Below are positions 1-10,145 of a stretch of DNA of 64,000 nucleotides, one piece after another. The notes under the pieces are model-generated. The model made no database searches, was not told where the DNA came from, and was given only the letters and a program-made list of their open reading frames with translations. Every line of letters begins with the position of its first letter. Positions within the stretch are counted from its first letter, which is position 1. Source of the DNA: Amoeboaphelidium protococcarum X5 (lineage: Eukaryota > Fungi > Aphelidiomycota); assembly GCA_023515725.1 (NCBI GenBank), contig JALDTO010000208.1, positions 1 through 64,000 of the forward strand, given 5' to 3'. Made by a program: the position numbers and the translations under genes.

Positions 1-2315
1 GTTCAGAGAATATAAGTCCAAGATCGTTCATGGCTGATTGTTTGCAAGTATTGTACCGCATAATACCAGATTTTGCCATAGTGGTCACTCGCTTGCTAGA
101 GAGATTTCAAAGCTCTTTTGGCCCTCAATATTTCACTGGTAAGTATTTAAGACGTTCAACTGATGTCAGTGTTGTTGTGTATTGCTTTGGCTGTGGTATT
201 TCTTAGATTGATGACGCTGTTAGAAATTTGTGAACTGTTCTTGCGATTTACAGCGATTACGCGCGATCTGAACATTATTATGACATTTAGATTATTGTAT
301 TACCAAGGCTTGCAAAAACTGTCTACAATGTACGTGGCAGTTTGGCGTACGATATTCTACACATAGTCATGGTCCAATGAGTGAATAGGGATAGGAGGGA
401 GGAGACAGAGGAGAGAACACAGTTTCTTGCATTGATCGGATCGTTCCATGGCATGCTGAAGAAAGAAGCATTACTGCTTAGCCATCCAATAGTCTAGCTG
501 AATGTTCTATACGGTAGCTATCCATCAGCTGCCACAACAATGTTGTGCTTGTGAAAGAGAATGCTTCTTTAGTCTCCTCGTAAGAGTCAATCATACGAAC
601 TGTGATAGCCGGTTTGGTGATGCCAAAGTCCATTGGTCAAGGACTGTTAATTAGTGCGCAGTAATATCATCATCTCCTAGTTTGAAGTAAAGCCAATGTC
701 CATTACTTTGTCGATGTTTAATCTTGGTTGCATCACCGAAGTCGTACCTAAAGATTACCTCCCATCCATTGCTGTCTGTTGCCAGTAGATTTAGTGTATA
801 CAATTCAGGCTATACACCGTATACTTGAAGATGATGAATCAAGTTTTGGGAAAGACGCTCTTACAAAGTACAATATTCTGATGGATCCGGCGATCATTGT
901 ACTTCAGCCAGTCAGATACAAAGGAAGATATCCAGCCATATGGTTAGTAATTAACAATGCCTTAGAGCGAACAAACGCTGCTTAATGGTTACCCTGTGTA
1001 TTTCTGAGCTGGTGATTGGATCAGATGCATTGTTACGATAGAAAGTCGCGGTCGTGCGGTACACAAGGTGAGATTAAAAATCTGCTCGCAGGTTACTCCG
1101 GCGTGCCTGGTTAAGACTCCTCTTGGAAATGCATCTGCTGTTGCTGTAAAGATCATATTTCTGGATCCGGAACCATTGACACTGGATCTAGTGCGTTGGT
1201 ACACTTTTACTGCATCTAAATATACGTGATTGACGTGACAGTATTAATTTGGTATGATATTCGTTCAGCGGCCTTGTCAAATTCTTTATGAACGTATTAG
1301 GTGTATCTCTCTCGAGTTACGCTAGTCTCGAAAAGATCATGGGCCAGTCGTTGATTCGTTACATGCAAAGGCAGTGATTTGCTATTGATGAAGTGTCGAT
1401 CGCGATCGAAAATGGATCGAATAGTCAGCGCATAAGTTGCTCAGTAGTAATGACTAGTGTGGAGTCGTATATAGTGATGCAAAGCTTTAAGAATGAAAGT
1501 TTTCTAAATTGAGGTGAGTATGGAATCAGCAGATAGCGTCCTAGTCTCTAATGTTGTCAAGTGAAAGCTGATTGATTTTGGAACGATTAAACAGCTTTAG
1601 CAGCACTCTGTCAAGATTGACGATGCCAAGTGAGATGGACTGTGAATTATGTACGCTCTTAGCTCCAGATCGAAAGTAAAAGCAGTGTTTGTCGAGAATA
1701 GGCATCGCGCGACGATTAGGACTAACCGTTCTCATGTTGAACAAGCGACGCTGTATGTTAACGAACGCGTCCTCCTCAGACTATCCTGCACAGTTGTAAA
1801 GCTGTTAAATAGAGAAATTAGAAAAACAGAATACATATGACTAAGAGGACGATATGTCTGCAAGTTGATCAACTCTCGCTCAACTTACGGACCACTTGTC
1901 GCAACTCCATTCAGCTTCGCCATCTACAGATGATAGAGGGAGTGCCTGGGAACAAAAAAATCAGTAATCACAAAAGAGCAACTTTGAGTAGATGCAGAAA
2001 TGAAGTCTATTCGCCGTTAAAACAACATAGTGAAATAGTAATTGCGTACTTGTACAGCTGTAAATTTTCAATACATGATACTGCTGGTACTGTTTCTGTA
2101 CTGGATTATACTTTATTACTTCTGATTCACTATTCACTTAACCACTACCTGATAATGCACTTCTCACTTGCAATAACCGGCAATCAGAGAAGATCAATGA
2201 CGCACTCTGCAGCCTTGATAACGCCACCAATTGCTGCGCCACCCCCATTTCGTCACCTCTCAACTCTGCATCTAATCAAGAGTCACTTTAAGATCCTACG
2301 CGACCGTATGATCCA

Positions 2316-2581
2316 TGTTAACGTAACACCTGGTCATGAGGCTGATACCACATCTCGGTGCTGAGTGGCGTACTGATCTTCCCACGCCTCATGTCGCTAC
2401 CGATGTTTCCCACGCCTTGAGTTATATATGCGGATGTCTGAGTACATCCTTCTTTTTATGATCATCGTGTTAATATAGTTTTTACTTATTTGCACGTTAT
2501 ACTATTTCATCTTGTGTCTGTCCCTCGAACCTGCTCTGGTGGTTTTCCTATTGTACTACATATACTTGCTGTAGATCAACA
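2316..2581 (+). repeat. 5' LTR
   Basis: TGTTAAC...TCAACA, matches 7122-7387; TATATAT at 2423-2429. Confidence 0.96.
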
Positions 2582-2582
2582 C

Positions 2583-2592
2583 TTAACACGAT
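2583..2592 (+). promoter_or_regulatory. Primer-binding site, self-priming type
   Basis: TTAACACGAT is the exact reverse complement of ATCGTGTTAA at 2464-2473 inside the LTR; no TGG tRNA-type PBS present. Confidence 0.75.
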
Positions 2593-2593
2593 C

Positions 2594-3498
2594 ATGACCG
2601 ATCCAAGATCCCAAACTCCAGATGGAGTGAACGCGGAGATGCTAAGTGTCTTGCACTAATTACAGGCGGAAAATTAAAGTTTGCGTAACACCTTAGTTGC
2701 TGGTTGTCGTCCAGAAGTTCCGAAGCTGAAGCTGGTAATGCCTGACAAGTATGCTGGGAATAGGGATTTATACCGTGGATTTGTAAACTAGCTGTCTGTC
2801 TTATTTGAGTTACAATCCTAGATGTACTCTAATGATAGAGTGAAGATTCTTACTGTTGTGTCCCTGCTGTCTGACAAGGCCTTGAAGTGGGCGAATCCTA
2901 TGCTGGAGAAGCCAGATCGTTTCCCGTGCAATTGAGTTCATACGAAGAATTTATGAAGGCCTTTGCTTCCGCCTTTGCTCCGGTGGATATCATTGCTACC
3001 ACTGGTGACCGTATTAAGAAGCTACGTCAGTCAAAAATGTCAGCTTCCTCTTACGCTGCTGAATTCCTTGCTCTTTCTGCAGATTTGGAATGGAACGATG
3101 CAGCGCTTATGTTCTAGTTTAGAGATGGTCTTAATAATGAGGTGAAGAACATGTTGCTGGGCTTCCCGGAACCAGACTCTCTGTCCGGATTGATGGACTT
3201 GTCTATTAAGAGTGATTAAAGACTTTACTTGAGCCGTTCATATCATGGAGCTCCTCGTCAGCCATATCCTCCTGCTGCTGTTCCTTCTGCGGTGCCTGTT
3301 GTCGGTGGGAGCAACCCGGACGCAATGGAAATTGGGTAAGTCCGCAGAGAGCGCTTGAGTCCAGAAGAAAGAGCTCGTAGATTGGCGAATAATCTTTGTA
3401 TAGTGTGCGGTGAATCTGGTCATTGGCGCATGGATTGTCCTATTGCAACTAAAAATCGCTCTCGCGACTCTGCTTCAGCGTAAGGTAAATAGGAATGA
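2594..3498 (+). CDS. gag: Gag (capsid + CCHC zinc knuckle), one -1 frame break near 2920-2925
   Basis: Table 6: MTDPRSQ...PDKYAGNR...KALKWANP // EEFMKAF...[15 protein letters not shown]...FQFRDGL...AMEIG...[14 protein letters not shown]; ends TGA 3496-3498. Confidence 0.9.
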
Positions 3499-6400
3499 CG
3501 TTTGGTTAAGTAATCTTTATTATCTCTGAATTCTACTTCTACTTCGAAATTTCTTGTTTCAGTACTAGTGTGTATCGGAAGTCAAAGCACCACACTGGAG
3601 GCTTTGCTCGATAGTGGAGCTGATGCTTGCTTTATAGACAAGGAGATGGCCGAGCGACTTAAAATTCCTCTCATTCCACTGAAGTAGTAGATCTTAGTGA
3701 AATACGCTGATGGTCTTGACTCTCATGCTAATGTCATTAGATTGCAAACTGTTCCGATTTAGTTATAGATTGGAAAGCATATTGAAACTATTCAGTTCCT
3801 AGTTACGCCACTATCGCAGCAGGTTATCATAGGCTATTCCTGGCTGAAACTGCATAATCCGTCAGTTGACTGGCAAGAACAGTCGATCCATTTTTCATCT
3901 GAATACTGCACCATCAATTGCGTTCCGCATCCTTACACCTTTCAGTCCTCCACCAACTCCCCTTCCTGTGATAATTAAGAAGTGAATACTAGTAATGAAT
4001 CTATTCCTGTCCATGAGAATGCCTTGTCCTAGCCTAGTTCAATCTGTGTTGAAATTCCAGCTACGCTTCCCGATGTTGCTGTGGTAAAATCTTCGCCAGT
4101 TGAGTTTTCTGATAATATGGATCTCTCACGCTTGGCAAGTATTGCTAAAGATAAGAGTGCTCAGGCTTTGAGCTCCGCAAACTAAAGTATTTAGTCAGTT
4201 ACTGTAATAAATGACCTGTACTCGTAAATCCGTGATATGTCTGAAGTCCCGCCAAAGTAACCATCAACACCTGTAGAAATTCCTGACCAGCTTTCTGAGT
4301 TTGCGGAAGTCTTTGATGAAAAGCTCGCCAATAAGCTACCTCCTCATCGACCTTATGATTGCACTATTGACCTCAAGATGGATTCGCATCCCTTTTTTGG
4401 TAAAGTCTACTCACTGACGAAGGAAGAGGATGCTGCTCTGAAGGAGTGGTTGCAAATTCATCTCGACAAAGGATTCATAAGACCAAGTAAATCAGCTCAT
4501 GGAGCACCGTGTTTTTACGTGAAGAAGCCTGCTTGGACCAAGGATGATAAATTGCGCTTATGCATGGATTACAGAGCCTTAAACAAAGACACCATCAAGA
4601 ATAGAAATCCTCTTCCATTAATTGCAGAAGTTTTTCGCCTTATGTAAAAGGCCAAGTGGTTCACTACATTGGATTTAATCGGTGCTTATTACTTGCTCAG
4701 GATGATGGCCGGCCATGAACATAAGACAGCTTTTCGCACAAAGTATGGTTCATATGAGTTTTTGGTGATGCCTTTCGGCTTGGCTAATGCTCCCGCGTAA
4801 TTCTAAACTTTCATGAATGAGCTGTTTAAAGAGCAGATTGGTAATTTTGTTGTTGTATTCATTGATGATATTGTTATTTTCTCAGACAATGAGGAAGATC
4901 ACTGGAAGCATGTCAAGGAAGTCCTCAAAATTCTTAAGGAAAATTAGTTGTATTGTAATATCTCTAAATGCTAGTTTGCACAGAAAAAGCTGAAGTATCT
5001 TGGCTACATACTTTCTGAAGATGGAATCTCTATGGACCCACGAAAGGTGGAAGCTGTGTTGAATTGGCCTGTTCCTAAGAATGTTAATGATGTGCAAAAG
5101 CTATATGGATTCCTCAACTTTTACCGTCGACTTATCTACCAGTTTGCAGAGTTGACATCTCCATTTACTAAGTTGTTGAAGAATGACGTACAATTCGATT
5201 GGGGCCCAGAGCAGTAACAAGCGTTTTAGCGTGTGAAAGATGTATTCTCTAATCCTAAGTTTTTAGCTCATCCAGATGAATCTAAGCCATTTATAGTTGA
5301 GACTGATTCCTCAGATTATGCTATTGCAGGAGTACTCTCGTAGTATGATGAAAAGAATGAACTTCGACCAGTGGCTTTCTACTCCCGTCAAATGATTCCC
5401 GCCGAGAGAAATTACGAAATTTATGACAAGGAGTTACTGGCTATTCACGAATGCTTTAAGGAATGGCGACACTTTTTGCAAGGTGCTGATCATCAAGTCA
5501 CTGTTCTCACTGATCACAAAAATCTGCAATACTTCATGACGACTAAGCAGTTAACGCGTAGGCAAGCACGTTGGGCCATATTCTTTTCGGAGTTTGATTT
5601 TGTGCTTACGCATCGTCCTGGTAGTTTAAATGGAAAAGCCGACTTACTTTCAAGAAGATCTGACTACTTCATCCAAGAGGACAAAGCGAATTTCCTGAGA
5701 TTACTGGATCCATCGAAGGTGGTGCATTCTAATTCTCTGTGTGTATTTTCTTCTGATGTTCAGGCTAATGAACTGGAGAGTAATGATCTGGAGTGGCCAG
5801 AATATGTTTTGCGTTGGCTATAGACTGGGAACTGGTATGAAGAAATGACTTAAGCACAACTGACTTAATGTCAGTCTGAAAGTGGAAATTTCTCGATTGA
5901 TGATGATGGCAACCTCGTTCGCGTATTAAATGATGGTAAGTCGAAGCGCAGGTATTTGAAATCCTCTGAACGATGCGACTAACTAGTAAGACTTCATGAT
6001 AGTCTGGGACATCTAAAGTTCGACTCTGTTATAGATCTTATTGAACTTCGATACTGGTGGCCAACCTTACGTCAAGATGTCAAAGAACACATAGCACGGT
6101 GCTAATTTTGTTAACTCGCTAAGTCCAAGAGTAAAAATGGAATTGATACTCCTGTCCGGCCTATTCCGCCCGCTGCACTGCCATTTGAACGTTGGGGAAT
6201 TGATTTTGTGTAGGACCTAGCGCTTACAAAGTCTGGAAACAGACACATTGTCACTGCAATAGATTATGCCACTAGATGGGTTGTGGCTAAAGCAGTTCCT
6301 AATCGAGATGCTGCTACAGTGGCTAATTTCATCTATGAAGAGATTGTTACCAATTATGGTTCTCCTATAGAAATATTGTCGGATCGCGCTAAGTCTTTTT

Positions 6401-7170
6401 TGGATGAAGGTGTCTAATATTATAAGCAGAAGTGGAATATCAAACATGTATTAAGCTCGCCTTATCACCCCTAAACCAATGGAATGGTGGAACGTATGCA
6501 TGCAATGCTTAATCATTCAATAACTACTCTGACTTCTGGCCATCCTTCGCGCTGGGATGAATACCTTAAGGAAGCTGTATTTGGAATTCGTGTCCGAACT
6601 CATGCTGTTACTAAATTCTCTCCATTCTATCTATTGTATGGGGTCTCTCCGCGTATTCCTAGTGACACTCACCCGCCATCTTCCCTTATGAAACCTTTGG
6701 ATGAATTGGAAGAAGCGCAATTACATGGTGAATTGGAAGCTCGTGTTTTTGAAGACATGGGTAATGCTAGACGTGCTGCTTTTGAGCGATCAAAGGTATA
6801 AGCTGAGTTAATGAGGAAAAGGTACAATTTAGATCCTTCTGCCAAGGAGTATTATTTTAAGGTTGGTGATTGGGTTAAGCTGAAACATCACGGCAAGAAT
6901 AAGTTTGAATTCAATTGGAAGGGTCCGTATGCTGTAGTTGATGTCGGTTTTCCTGGTACATATTGGCTAATGACTCCCGCTGGATTGCGCTTAGATTCGG
7001 TGGTGAATGAGTCGGATCTTGCACCTTGGCTCAAATCGGTGTAGTAAAACGAATCTTTCTTTTATGATGGTACTGCCTCTAGGACTTAGATGCAAGATGT
7101 CCAACCTGGAGAGGGGAGTAGTGTTAACGTAACACCTGGTCATGAGGCTGATACCACATCTCGGTGCTGA
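3499..7170 (+). CDS. pol: Pol polyprotein (protease, RT, RNase H, integrase), in frame with gag after one TGA
   Basis: ALLDSGA; [20 protein letters not shown]; [25 protein letters not shown]; GH...CQFC, WGIDF, SD, YHPQTNGMVER, WKGPY; stop lies inside the 3' LTR. Confidence 0.95.
7108..7121 (+). other. Polypurine tract
   Basis: GGAGAGGGGAGTAG immediately 5' of the 3' LTR. Confidence 0.9.
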
Positions 7171-7387
7171 GTGGCGTACTGATCTTCCCACGCCTCATGT
7201 CGCTACCGATGTTTCCCACGCCTTGAGTTATATATGCGGATGTCTGAGTACATCCTTCTTTTTATGATCATCGTGTTAATATAGTTTTTACTTATTTGCA
7301 CGTTATACTATTTCATCTTGTGTCTGTCCCTCGAACCTGCTCTGGTGGTTTTCCTATTGTACTACATATACTTGCTGTAGATCAACA
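7122..7387 (+). repeat. 3' LTR
   Basis: Direct repeat of 2316-2581. Confidence 0.96.
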
Positions 7388-8088
7388 TCCATCCACAAGT
7401 TACGCCCCCTTCGCCTTGCGTTCGGGCGGGGACAAGGCTTTACAGGACTTGTGTGTACGTGTTAAGTCACGGGTTCGAGACTGACAAAAATCGTCTAGGC
7501 TGGGTACTTTATCTCGGTTTAAGTGCCATTGACTTCATCTTAGCCGGGCCTACTCATCAAGTGATACTGTTATCGTATTGCCCAGAATTGCGCCGAATGT
7601 GGAACCAATGAGTTACATTGCCTTGTGTTCGGGCAGGAACTTCTGCGGTCAATCACATGACAAAGGTTAGCTTTTCCCATGAGAAGAAGGGAGTATCCTT
7701 AATAGTGAATTTTCGCCGTGTGGCAAGCGGAAATTTACGTGTGATACTTTACTAACAGTAAAAGCAGTAATTTTTTACTTTAATTATATCTATTTATAAC
7801 CTTTTTCTTTTCCCGCAACAATTAATATTAGTACAGTATCATATACTATTAAATATGAATTTAATTTTAATGAAAAAATTAGAATTTGAAAGCACTTAAA
7901 CTAATGCTGTGTGTGAGAGAGAGAGACATTGCTCAGAGAGACGCGATGCGTTTCAGTCAGCTCTTTCTTCATCTTACGACACTTCTTTAGGTGAACGTTT
8001 CAATCTCTTTCACTTCATTAACTCTCACTGACAATAAAATTCTATATTTCTAAAATTGTTAATAAGTAGGCTGATTTCTGAAGTGTAA

Positions 8089-10038
8089 ATGCAAGTTGTT
8101 AGTGCTTTGGTGAATGAGGGAACTGCGTAGTTTGTTGACTTGTCGAGTAGTTTGTAATGTCCTATTTGCACTGTGCCGTATCATAATCCGTAACTGCTGA
8201 TGGATTGTGGGCATTCGATATGTGGATAGTGTCTGCAGTCTGTCATCTTCTCATTCAATAATAAGTATACTAATAATCAGTCGTCAGATCGGAATCAGAG
8301 ACCTCAGTGTGCAATATGCAGACAGGTGATCAATAATTATGCACCCAACTTGGTGTTAAAACAATTGGTGTCTGAGTAATTAGTTTAATGTCCCAACGAT
8401 GGATGTAAGTTGCGCATAAGCTTTGACTAGATTAATAACCATATACTCAACTAGTGTCCCTATTCCCGAGTTGAATGTACGAATGAAATGTGCGGTAGTA
8501 TCAAGTGTCAGTGGGTTGGCATCAGATTGCAGTATGAACGTGATAGTCATAGTGTCAGTTGTACTATTGCCCATTTAAAGCAAGCATTAACTCCACTTCA
8601 AGCCGAGATATAACGTCTTTAGGATAAAGTACGCCGCCAAGATAAAGAATTGAATAGAATAAGAGAATTTGTTCGTACTAACAAGACTAGACTAGATTTA
8701 AATGATGTCCAGATGGATTAACGCATATAGGCAGAGCACGATGAATCTTGCTCATCTTCAGCATCATTATCTTCGTCTTCTGACCACGGATAACAAGACA
8801 ATGGAGTTGAGCATAACTAATCTGGACGTGGTCGCAGTCGTGATATTACTGAGCATCAGGAGAGTGGCAATAATAATAATAATCATATTGCAACGAAGCA
8901 GTCGATTAAAGATGAGATTGTCATTAGAGAGCATAAAGGCGGTGTCACCAGTCTAAGTCTGGCTTTTAATGAATCTGCAGTATTCAGTGGCTCTTATCAT
9001 GGATAGATTTTGGCATTTGGCACTACTGATGGTATTAATTTACCTTTGATTCCAGTGTCTGATAATGATGAGCAGATATAGTCAGACTCTGTGCTCAATG
9101 CTCACAGTGGCACTATTTGGAGTCTTGCTTGGAATCAACGAAGTAATACTTTGTACAGTGGTGCATCAGATAAGCTGATTAAAGTGTGGGATATTGAGAA
9201 GGTGTCTACTGACCCTGAAGAGTCGTCTTCAACATCTAGACTATCATAATAATCATACTCGTTAAAATTTAGATAACGCTCAGAATTTAGAGGTCATGAG
9301 GGAAAGATTTATGCTCTATTGTCCATTAATGACCTGCTGTTTTCATCATCATCAGATCGAACGGTTAGAGTATGGAAGGACATGGGGAGTTATAATAGTC
9401 TCAACTCTCCTGATAACACTGGTAACAATCATAATAACTGCTGTTTGAGTATCTTTAGGGAACATTCGGAGAATGTAAATTGTCTGTCTGAATTCTAAAA
9501 TGGAGAGTATTCCGATTCTAGTAATTAAAGTCCTCATTCATAATAAGTAGCAAGTAGCGGTCTGAAGATTGTATCTGGTTCATCTGACCGCACGATAAAG
9601 CTGTGGGATGTTGAGCGGGGTGAGTGTATTCTGACATTGCCCACAACTTTACAACTGTCCGCGTAGTCGGGCAATGTCGTTCCTTCTATGATTAGTGGAA
9701 TTGAGAATACTGGATCTGAAGTACTTGATGTATCTAGTGGAGCTGGACTCATATTTGCCAGCACATATGATGCTACTATAGAGATTTTCGATCCACGAAC
9801 TATCAGTAAAGTTGGCACTCTAATTGGTCACAACTGGGAGGTGTGGTAAATTCAATATGCTGGTCGGAACACTCTGTTTAGTGCTAGTTTTGATCATTAG
9901 ATAAAGCGATGGGATCTTCGTAATCTATCGTGTAATATGACTCTCACTGGTCACTCTGGATACGTTCATGCTCTAACCTGCTCTGACCAATTTCTCGTTA
10001 GTGGCTGTGCAGACAAGACTGTTCGCATTTGGCGATGA
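8089..10038 (+). CDS. RING + TRAF-type zinc finger + coiled coil + WD40 protein (TRAF7-like architecture)
   Basis: CPIC...CGHSICGQC...CAIC RING; CPNDGC...H...C; coiled coil; multiple GH...WD repeats ending GCADKTVRIWR-TGA. Confidence 0.85.
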
Positions 10039-10145
10039 TAAATTTCAAGTTTTGTATATCATTAAATAGGCATTAGTTAATGATAGCATTATTAAAATTA
10101 AATGCAAAGATGTAATAGATTATATTCAAATCTACAGTACAATGT

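Larger units (their letters stand above)
2316..7387 (+). mobile_element. Full-length Ty3/gypsy LTR retrotransposon (Tf1/sushi-like RT-RNase H), recent insertion
   Basis: Two apparently identical 266-bp TG...CA LTRs; TCCA target-site duplication (2312-2315 / 7388-7391); gag-PR-RT-RH-IN order; polypurine tract before the 3' LTR. Confidence 0.97.

Noticed and set aside
3496-3498. Selenocysteine at the gag-pol TGA
   Set aside because: Linker position, no Cys-homologous site and no SECIS recognised.
4858-4869. FIDD instead of YxDD in RT
   Set aside because: A common functional variant in gypsy elements.
7466-7485. tRNA T-arm-like GGGTTCGAGA (similar at 35351)
   Set aside because: No T stem or cloverleaf can be built.
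2184-7575. U6-like CAGAGAAGAT (2184) and U2-like ATCAAGTG (7556) fragments
   Set aside because: Matches of 10 nt or less without flanking snRNA conservation.
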